From positions 1 through 64,000 of the IMG/VR virus record IMGVR_UViG_3300011934_000017: a DNA stretch of 64,000 nt. One strand, 5' to 3'. A program made the position numbers and the translations under genes. The notes under the pieces were generated by a model that was given only the letters and a program-made list of their open reading frames with translations, was not told the origin of the DNA and searched no databases. Of this stretch, positions 56,579 through 64,000 are shown piece after piece. Numbering within the stretch: position 1 is the first letter of the stretch; the number at the start of each line of letters is the position of its first letter.

Positions 56579-59500
56579 TTATAAAGGTAGGGCCATGCAG
56601 CCACCGCGTGAGTTTCGAACAACAAAGTGTTGTGTTAAATCTAAAGAGCTTAGATCATAAAATCCATCTTCATCCACAGGAATTTCGATTGTGTCCCTGC
56701 TATATCCAATTTTGTTTTCTAGCAGCTTCAGTCCAAAGAAGCGTCCTCTTACGTGTGCATTTTCCGGATCGCTGCATACAGCAGTAGGTGAAATAGCGAA
56801 AGTACCTCCGTTTCCTTTTGGAATAAAGTCGTCTAGGTAAAGACGCCATTCTCCAGAATACGATTGGTGATTAACAGCGTAGTAGTAGTAATAACCGCCA
56901 CCATAACTTCTTCTGCGGCGCCTTCTTATACACCCAATGTAGGCATAGGCCACTGTGTTAAAAGTAGGCGCTTGGAAGTGAGACATAACAGCAAAGGAAG
57001 AAGCATTCTGTCCAACCGCATTTCTCAAGTCCCGAGGCAGAGAATAAGCGTATATTTCGTTTCGACTCATATCCCCTATGCGCTTAGGTTGAAGCGTTCC
57101 ATAACAAACGTCTCCTTGTACCCAAGCAAACAACGGAAACTCTCCAGGATATTCCATCTCCATCAGCTTTTCTATTTCGAAACAGCCAACGAAGGATGGT
57201 TTTAACTCTGAAGACAAGTCTGAAAAGAACGCTAACCAACGAGGATTAACAAACATCATCAACGAGTCTTCACCAGAAGAACGTAGACGTTGTGTATAAC
57301 CTAGATCGTCCGACATGTACGCTAGATTGGTTCCTACATGGAATCTAGGATCCCAGTATTCGAACACTTTGAACTCAAGGTAGTTGTTTCGAATATCAAG
57401 CAACACGTACTTGTAACCACCGTATTCACAAGGAGCGCGAAAGCAAGAGCGTGGTCTTCCATCCATTGAAAGTCCGACCGGTATAACATCTGATTCCCAT
57501 TCTTTTTCGACTTCTGTTAAGAAATTAGAGTGAATGGGCGTACTGGTTACTTGACTGTCTTCGTCTCTTCCCCAAGTAACAAGTTTTCCTGAAGCGTTCA
57601 TTACGATGAAATGCCCTACACCTGCTTCAATGTAATCGAACGGACCTTGCGGAATTAGACCGCGGTCAAAGGACAGATCGCCCCAGACTGCAATAGTCCC
57701 ATCGTCACGAAGCGCACCACAGAAATTGGTACCGGCTGCTATCGCTTTAAACGTACCTGTTGGTGTGTCGGACACCTCACCGTTAGAGTCTTCACCCCAA
57801 ACAACTAGCGTACCGTCGGTGCGTAGTGCTATGGTGTGCTTCTCTCCGCAGTCAACGTCGAGAAAGTATCCAGAAGGTGCCTTAGAAACGTGCCCGTCAC
57901 CGTCAAATCCCCATACGTATAGCTCATTCTGATAGGTAATTGCGGCGCTTTGATAACGAGAAGCTGCAATTTTCACAAACGGATTTAGAACAGCAGTTGC
58001 TTCGTCTGGAGAACCACCAATCTGTTTGAATGTGTTATCACCCCACACGCGAATGACACCATTACTATCGAGCGCCATGCTGTGTGCGCTGCCTGCCGCT
58101 ACTTGAACGTACCCCTCACCCAAAGGTTTATTGGTTATCTGATTCTGACCATCATTTCCCCAACCTACGATAGAGCCAGAGTCTGTCAGAGCTAGAGCAT
58201 GAAACTGACCAGAAGCTACAGCTTTGAACCTACCTGTCGGAACGTTTCCTACTTCTCCGTACAAGTCTCGACCCCAAGCTTCGATTTCAAAAGCACTATT
58301 GATCGCTAGATTATGCCAAGAAGCAGAAATAGGTTGTTCAGGCTTAACGATATCTGGGAACGTGATCGGATATTCGTAGTTATTTCCTTCTACAGTAGAC
58401 GTAGTTACTTCCCCCACTTCCACGTAGCTGTGCTCAGGCAGAGCTATGGAGAGCTTGTTCATTTGCTCGCCTACCACAGGTACTTGAACAGTTACTTCAC
58501 GCCATATCAGATCTGGTGGAATGCACGTTAAGTCAGGAAAAACACCTAGCAGCATTTCAATTTCAGGGACTGAAGAGTAAGAGCCTGGAGCAGGTGCACC
58601 GGGAACATCAGACGATACAGCATCCTCTAAGACAATATTGCCACCGTTCTTAAACGCAATTTCTATATTTAGAAATGTTTTGTCCAAAAATAAGGAAGCG
58701 TAAGGAGTGCTCGACAGTGTGACGTTTACGCTAGACACTCGAAGAGCTAAGCGTTCTGGATTGTCAACGCCCGAGAATTGGAAAGCATCTACAAACTCTC
58801 CGCCTAGCGTGACACCGTAGACGGTGAACACTCGACTGTCTAGGGAATCGACTTCGAACGTGTTGTTACCGGAAAATGAAAGCGTTAGAGGATCAAATAA
58901 AGCTAACTCAGTCTTTATGATTCCGTCTTGAAAAGCACCGCTCGTATTCTTTAGGACAAAGACATTCTCAGAAGCTAAGTCATCCACAAGTGCCGGTAAA
59001 AAGTGAGAAGACGTACCAATCGCAATGTAACGTAGAGGTAGCCCTGATTTTACTTCAATGGAAGAACCAGGATTAGAAGCTTCAGTTGCCGCAAATAAGC
59101 TACCATCTATCTGACCTATAAGCGAAACTTCGTTAGGTGTCTGCCCCGCAGAATGAACGTCAACAAGATTGATTGTTTCATCGACGATTGCTTCGGTTCC
59201 TTCTTGTGAAGCACTAACGATGGTGCCGAACTCATTAACATTGATCGTAATAGGTCCTGAAGTATTGCCGCCAAAGCTAAGCTTGTTATCGATCAGGCCA
59301 ATAATGAACTCTGGTGGTGGAACGAACTCAAGGTTAGGTGAAAGCAGTGGAATTAAAGCTTGTGCTTGTTGCGCATCGTAAACACCTGCAGATGGAACAC
59401 CTTCAACGTCATCTGAAATCACGTCGTGAAGAGTTACCGTCTTGTCCGCTCCTTCAAGTGCTTGGAACGAAAAGCTCAGGTCGATGAAGGTCTTATCAAC

Positions 59501-61702
59501 AAAGACAGAACTATAGTTACTGGCGCTTTGAACAACAGTTGCACCTGTAAGACGATTAGCTAGATTATCTTCCGCTACGTTCAAAAGGCGCAGTATGTCG
59601 GAACCTTCACCAATACCTAAAGTGATGCCGTACACGTTCAGAGAAGAATCATTTTCTCCGTCAATTTTCACCGTGGTCTGTGAAGTTATTTCGTTTAAGC
59701 TTTCTACGGTATAGAAGGAAAAGCCGGACTTGCGCACACCACTACTAAAAGCATCAGTCCCATTCTTTAAGACAAATACATTGGGTTCAGAAATTTCAGT
59801 AATAGAAGACGGTAAGTAAATGGCTTGATTGCCAAACAACACTTCTCGAAATGTCTTTCCGGCACTTTTTATACCGACGACAGAATCCGCGTCAAACAAG
59901 GAAAGATCGACTGTACCAGAAAACGAAAATGTTGGTGATCCTGAAACAGATACGCTGTGAATGTCAGTCAAAGGAATTGGTGTAGACAGTTCAACTGAAA
60001 TCAGTTCCCTTTCTGCTCCTACAACTCCTGCGTCTGTGACTGAAAGTTCAATATCTCCGATTGCAGTGCCTTCGATTCTTAACTCGTTATCTACCAGAGT
60101 TAAATACAGCGAAGGTGGTGGAGTATAGACGATATTGTTAGACAACATGGTCACAAAATCGTCGGTAACAGGAGGTTCGTACAAACCTGCAGGAGGCACT
60201 CCTGGTACATCATCTGAAATGATGTTTACCAAACGTACTTTCTTTGTGTGTCCCAAGAAAGAGGTAATAGATATATCGAGAGTAATGTAGCTTTTATCTA
60301 AAAATAAGCCAGAGTACGCTTCAGTCCCTTCTTCGATTAGGACTTGCTCAATTCTGTCAGCAAGTCCCGACTCTTCCACATATATGAAGTCGAGTAGGTC
60401 AGCCCCTGCTCCGGTTCCCAACGTTGTGCCGTATATCGTGAGGTCTGAGTTGTTTCGTGTATCTATATCAACGGTGAGACCAGACGTAACAACATCAATA
60501 GAGCTACGTGTATAAATGGAGAAACCTTGCTTTAGAGCGTTATTTTCTAAAGCGTCTGTTCCATTCTTTATGGCAAATACGCCAGGTGTTCCCAACATAT
60601 CAACTGTAGCTGGTGCGTAAAGCTCGATAGATTCTGCCGCGATCTTTCGGAATACTTTGCCCAGCACAGCAGTTCCAGGTGCAGTACCTTGATCAAACAG
60701 GGAAGCATCCGTAACACCGGAAGCATTGAGCGTTATGCCTGTATCTACAAAGCTGCGAATGTCATTTAGATTGTATTGTCCAGAGTTTGATGCTTCAACG
60801 CCTTCGCGTGTAGCGAACAACTGTCCAGAAACGTCGAAGTATAAATTTACAGGACCAGTAGCAGTGCCGGAAAAACTAATTGCTCCTGCATTCAGATCAG
60901 CCTCAAAGGTAGGTGGCGGAACATCGTAAATAACGTTCTGCTCCACCATAGGAACAAATGACGTAGCCTGCTGACCTGTGTATGTTCCTACAGGAGGAGC
61001 ACCTGTGGCATCACTCGCTATAGTAGCATACAATGTAATGTAGGTCTGCGTTGCTTCTTTTACAAACGTTAGCGTTATATCAAGGAAGGTCTTAGCTAAA
61101 AAGATGTCCTTGTATTTGCTTGTGTTTTCCGCAACAACGACCTTTGTCAAAAGATTTTCAAGATCACCTGCGTATACGTTCTTGAAAAACAAAGAGTCAG
61201 CGCTAGTGCCTGTTCCAAAGTTGAAGCCGTGAAACTCGTAGTCGGATCCATTTAGGACAACTTCACGCTCACTTTGAACAGCCAAAGTCTGCAAGGAAGT
61301 TGAGGTATAGATCGAAAACCCTTGCTTAGTGTCGCCTTCAATTTGTGTATCCGAAAACGTCTTCACAACGAATACGGACACATCTTGAGTGGGGTCACTA
61401 TTAGCGGGTAGATAGTACGTGTCTTGTCCAAAAACTACTGGACGAAACGCTTTACCCAGAATAGAGAAAGAAGGTTGCCAAGTAAATTCAACAGAGCCTG
61501 AGACAGTCAGATCAAGTTCTGAAGGAAACGTGACTGATCGAATATCCTCAATTCGAATATTGGTTACTTCAGTTCGTGTTCCTTGTGTGACGGTCAACAA
61601 GCCTGTAGTTTCAAAGACTACGCTTACGGCTTCAGTATTGTAATCGGAGAACGAAAGATTGCCCGTTCCGTCCAATGTTGCTTTTATTTGACTATCAGCC
61701 AT
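56579..61702 (-). CDS. 1707-aa fibre protein: four ~265-aa repeats, RCC1 propeller, C-terminal fibre-family domain
   Basis: Repeats K.GFSIYT...YG.TLG.G...LFLDKTF...SDDV.G.P; G..H.LAL...G....WG RCC1 units; C-terminal YKYVLLD...RGRFFGLKLL. Confidence 0.8.
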   Translation of the reverse strand: MADSQIKATLDGTGNLSFSDYNTEAVSVVFETTGLLTVTQGTRTEVTNIRIEDIRSVTFPSELDLTVSGSVEFTWQPSFSILGKAFRPVVFGQDTYYLPANSDPTQDVSVFVVKTFSDTQIEGDTKQGFSIYTSTSLQTLAVQSEREVVLNGSDYEFHGFNFGTGTSADSLFFKNVYAGDLENLLTKVVVAENTSKYKDIFLAKTFLDITLTFVKEATQTYITLYATIASDATGAPPVGTYTGQQATSFVPMVEQNVIYDVPPPTFEADLNAGAISFSGTATGPVNLYFDVSGQLFATREGVEASNSGQYNLNDIRSFVDTGITLNASGVTDASLFDQGTAPGTAVLGKVFRKIAAESIELYAPATVDMLGTPGVFAIKNGTDALENNALKQGFSIYTRSSIDVVTSGLTVDIDTRNNSDLTIYGTTLGTGAGADLLDFIYVEESGLADRIEQVLIEEGTEAYSGLFLDKSYITLDISITSFLGHTKKVRLVNIISDDVPGVPPAGLYEPPVTDDFVTMLSNNIVYTPPPSLYLTLVDNELRIEGTAIGDIELSVTDAGVVGAERELISVELSTPIPLTDIHSVSVSGSPTFSFSGTVDLSLFDADSVVGIKSAGKTFREVLFGNQAIYLPSSITEISEPNVFVLKNGTDAFSSGVRKSGFSFYTVESLNEITSQTTVKIDGENDSSLNVYGITLGIGEGSDILRLLNVAEDNLANRLTGATVVQSASNYSSVFVDKTFIDLSFSFQALEGADKTVTLHDVISDDVEGVPSAGVYDAQQAQALIPLLSPNLEFVPPPEFIIGLIDNKLSFGGNTSGPITINVNEFGTIVSASQEGTEAIVDETINLVDVHSAGQTPNEVSLIGQIDGSLFAATEASNPGSSIEVKSGLPLRYIAIGTSSHFLPALVDDLASENVFVLKNTSGAFQDGIIKTELALFDPLTLSFSGNNTFEVDSLDSRVFTVYGVTLGGEFVDAFQFSGVDNPERLALRVSSVNVTLSSTPYASLFLDKTFLNIEIAFKNGGNIVLEDAVSSDVPGAPAPGSYSSVPEIEMLLGVFPDLTCIPPDLIWREVTVQVPVVGEQMNKLSIALPEHSYVEVGEVTTSTVEGNNYEYPITFPDIVKPEQPISASWHNLAINSAFEIEAWGRDLYGEVGNVPTGRFKAVASGQFHALALTDSGSIVGWGNDGQNQITNKPLGEGYVQVAAGSAHSMALDSNGVIRVWGDNTFKQIGGSPDEATAVLNPFVKIAASRYQSAAITYQNELYVWGFDGDGHVSKAPSGYFLDVDCGEKHTIALRTDGTLVVWGEDSNGEVSDTPTGTFKAIAAGTNFCGALRDDGTIAVWGDLSFDRGLIPQGPFDYIEAGVGHFIVMNASGKLVTWGRDEDSQVTSTPIHSNFLTEVEKEWESDVIPVGLSMDGRPRSCFRAPCEYGGYKYVLLDIRNNYLEFKVFEYWDPRFHVGTNLAYMSDDLGYTQRLRSSGEDSLMMFVNPRWLAFFSDLSSELKPSFVGCFEIEKLMEMEYPGEFPLFAWVQGDVCYGTLQPKRIGDMSRNEIYAYSLPRDLRNAVGQNASSFAVMSHFQAPTFNTVAYAYIGCIRRRRRRSYGGGYYYYYAVNHQSYSGEWRLYLDDFIPKGNGGTFAISPTAVCSDPENAHVRGRFFGLKLLENKIGYSRDTIEIPVDEDGFYDLSSLDLTQHFVVRNSRGGCMALPL

Positions 61703-62231
61703 TTGTTGTGTCTCCTGTTGTATCAGGGTCTGGCTCAGGTGCAGGGTCTGGCTCAGGTGCAGGGTCTGGCTCAGGTGGCGGTGGCGGTGGCGGTGGCGGT
61801 AACGGTGTGCTGTCTAAGAGAACAGATACAGACGATCCATCGTTAGTTGAGACTTCCAAAGCGTAGTCAGAACCTTCTGGGACACCGTATCGAATAGTGA
61901 CCTCTATCATACCGCTAACGTCTGATTCAATAGACTTGTCGATAGAAGATCCTTCGTTTTCGAAAAGCACGGTGTCTACTTTTTTCCAGGGCGTTCCAAC
62001 AACGTTAAAGGTTGTCGAATCTAGCACATAGTTAGGAGCACTAAACAACGAGTCTTCGGGAACAGGAGCGTTGATCACTTCGATGGTTTCAAGAACACCG
62101 TCCCATAAACGCCAACCGCGTTGTATTAACTCCTTATACATTTCCAAAAACAAAGCACTGTGAGAGTCTTCCCCAGCTATATACGAAAACTTTAAAGAGT
62201 TCTCGCCTTGCGGTTCAATTTCAATGGCCAT
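61695..62231 (-). CDS. Protein with a fibre-family N-terminal segment and a Pro-rich tail
   Basis: QGENSLKFSY...RGW matches the paralog N-termini; ends in poly-P and PEPDPA repeats. Confidence 0.7.
   Translation of the reverse strand: MAIEIEPQGENSLKFSYIAGEDSHSALFLEMYKELIQRGWRLWDGVLETIEVINAPVPEDSLFSAPNYVLDSTTFNVVGTPWKKVDTVLFENEGSSIDKSIESDVSGMIEVTIRYGVPEGSDYALEVSTNDGSSVSVLLDSTPLPPPPPPPPPEPDPAPEPDPAPEPDPDTTGDTTNG
61724..61800 (-). repeat. 18-bp x3 (PEPDPA) plus poly-Pro microsatellite
   Basis: cagggtctggctcaggtg x3 followed by (gcggtg)n. Confidence 0.9.
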
Positions 62232-62240
62232 ATTCTATCC

Positions 62241-63242
62241 TCACACAGGGATTAAAAAGCGGTCAGAAGTGGAGCCGACAAACATGTGATCTTTGTATTC
62301 TCCCTTCTTAGAAGGAAAATAATCATCTTTTGTTTTATATGGAATTATAGACGTTACAACACCATATCGAGACTGTACGCTTTTTATTCCATATACATTA
62401 CCCACTAAGTCTATACCGTTGTTTATTTCAATCAAAGAAATAGGTGACACCATAGGTGCTCGGGACAATCGATTTCGAGACTCGAAGAAACGAATAGGTC
62501 CTCCATACCAGAATGAACGGTATCTTGTAGTATAGCGAGAACTATTCCAGTTACAAGATGTGATTCTTTCTACTTGATACCAGTGAGGTTGTGCCATAGG
62601 GTCATTAACACTGACATAATAATATCTATAACTGGAGTTGGTAGACCCTGATAGCGACAGCGGAAAAGAGGCGCTTTGCGTCTTATTTATATCGATATCG
62701 TTTCCAGTCATTCTACCTGACAAATGATGACCGTCTGTCCAACAAAACTTGGAAGTGCCTCGCGTCTGAAGCTCGAAGCAACCGCTCCATGTGCTTCTGC
62801 GATTACCGTACGTTTGGTAGCCAGAATCATTCGATATGTCGGAGAACATTGCTAGCCAACGAGAATGCACGAAAACAAACATCGCACCACCGTAACCAGA
62901 AGTGTCTATAACTTGCTGATGGTAGTTCCAACTGTCTAAAGCACAGACGTTTTGAAGTGACGTGGAACCTTCTGCTGCACCGTCTCCTACTTCCAAGCGT
63001 AACATATTAGCACCGCTATTAACGACGCTTAGCCTTACATATTTATAGGTTTCACCGTCGGCGCAAAGAGCTTTTAGAATTTTGGGATTGTTATTGCCCG
63101 GAGAGCTATCGTGATGCATGACCCAACCGTGTTCACCTTCAATAATAACACGACATATCTCAGGTAAAAGTAAATCATTTCCCTCTTGTGGATCAGCGTA
63201 TTCGAAGCGATACGAATTAGGACCGTAGGGAATTACTTTCAT
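62241..63242 (-). CDS. Fibre-family paralog
   Basis: YGPNSY.F.Y, YKYVRL, FV.SRWL, WSGCFE, VYGIK. Confidence 0.7.
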   Translation of the reverse strand: MKVIPYGPNSYRFEYADPQEGNDLLLPEICRVIIEGEHGWVMHHDSSPGNNNPKILKALCADGETYKYVRLSVVNSGANMLRLEVGDGAAEGSTSLQNVCALDSWNYHQQVIDTSGYGGAMFVFVHSRWLAMFSDISNDSGYQTYGNRRSTWSGCFELQTRGTSKFCWTDGHHLSGRMTGNDIDINKTQSASFPLSLSGSTNSSYRYYYVSVNDPMAQPHWYQVERITSCNWNSSRYTTRYRSFWYGGPIRFFESRNRLSRAPMVSPISLIEINNGIDLVGNVYGIKSVQSRYGVVTSIIPYKTKDDYFPSKKGEYKDHMFVGSTSDRFLIPV

Positions 63243-64000
63243 GTGCCGTCTCCTAGAATCTGCTCACGGTCTGCGATGTAATCGATACGCACACTAAGAT
63301 CGCTTCCACCGCCTGAAAGAACGCTAAGTGTTATAAAGTCGGACGTATCTAACTTCACACCAATAACATTGTTTCCACTATCGTGTTCTTGAATGGGAAT
63401 GGTAGGCTTTGGGTCTTCTCCAAACAAACTGGTCGTATTGTTCAACAGAACGTCGATGACAATGGGTTGAACGTCAGACGGAGTGTTTACGAAGCAGCGA
63501 ACGTTCGTGAACTCAACAGGGAAAGGAGGATACCAACGAACACCTCCGCTGAACGTGACGATCTGCCCAGGTACACTAGAGAAGATACTGCGAGGCATAG
63601 GTGCTACCATAGACACCTGTTCATCAACATATTTTCTATTTACAATATCAGTAGGTGTAGTAGGTGCATTAGGCTGTTGTACACTACCTGTTAACTCACC
63701 ACCTGATTTGTCTAGTTTCTCATTTAACTGATCTTGAGCGTTAGACGTAAGCCCTGAAATATTACCCAGATCATCAACATTCGCTTCAGATGCTGCCAGC
63801 TTGCCTAAATCTGTTGATACGACTACTTTATTGCCTGTAAGGTTAGCATTAGTTACGGTACTTGCTGCACCTGTAATAGCGTCTTGTTTAGCGGCCAGAG
63901 CCGTGTCGAAGTTACTGATAGCGCTGTTTATTTCATTCAGACGCTCCGTAGTGATATCGCTTTCCCGAATTTTCCCCTGCGTATCGGAAATAACAAGACG
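63239..64000 (-). CDS. Tail-fibre-like protein, 5'-truncated by the window edge
   Basis: Translated by hand: the frame is open from 64000 to the track ORF (…KLDKSGGELTG…NRKYVDEQVSMVAP…), with typical fibre motifs. Confidence 0.8.
   Translation of the reverse strand, partial: RLVISDTQGKIRESDITTERLNEINSAISNFDTALAAKQDAITGAASTVTNANLTGNKVVVSTDLGKLAASEANVDDLGNISGLTSNAQDQLNEKLDKSGGELTGSVQQPNAPTTPTDIVNRKYVDEQVSMVAPMPRSIFSSVPGQIVTFSGGVRWYPPFPVEFTNVRCFVNTPSDVQPIVIDVLLNNTTSLFGEDPKPTIPIQEHDSGNNVIGVKLDTSDFITLSVLSGGGSDLSVRIDYIADREQILGDGT

Noticed and set aside
61690-61715. Programmed frameshift fusing 62231 to 61702
   Set aside because: No clear slippery heptamer, and a strong AGGAG RBS precedes the second ATG; translational coupling is the simpler explanation.
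56579-63242. Diversity-generating retroelement acting on the fibre paralogs
   Set aside because: No reverse transcriptase and no near-identical TR/VR pair in the window; the paralogs are diverged at all base types.
1-64000. Stop-codon reassignment, tRNA genes, integrase or transposase
   Set aside because: Genes are full length in the standard code and TAA, TAG and TGA all act as stops; I saw no cloverleaf or recombinase motifs by eye (tRNAscan would confirm).

Overview
The window is 64 kb of a large contractile-tailed (jumbo myo-) phage genome infecting a Gram-negative host (spanin-like genes). It uses the standard genetic code, and I saw no tRNA or CRISPR array. From left to right: (1) a fibre cluster (5'-truncated Ig-repeat fibre, an HxH-repeat fibre and two small tip-like proteins); (2) NAD-dependent DNA ligase and a GT2-TPR glycosyltransferase; (3) a head module (protease, Acb1-like 2H phosphoesterase, scaffold, major capsid protein) followed by a free-standing GIY-YIG endonuclease with structured RNA on both sides; (4) tail sheath, tube, tape-measure and baseplate genes; (5) nucleotide metabolism (class II NrdJ, dCMP deaminase, dimeric dUTPase, RNase H) mixed with many small ORFs, including two gp49/66 (Acb4-like) proteins; (6) a convergent minus-strand block with a spanin/holin cassette and a long cluster of paralogous fibre/virion proteins with RCC1 and beta-propeller repeats, running off the right edge. 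The gene order and protein style recall the 'hairy' Y3/Yoloswag/JA11 and PaBG/Lu11/RSL1-like jumbo phages; this is from memory, not a search. Best leads: a layered anti-cyclic-nucleotide arsenal; a modular fibre/tip system sharing a WDGA domain; an RBS-sequestering kissing-loop RNA in front of the endonuclease; and a fibre domain apparently split across two genes.
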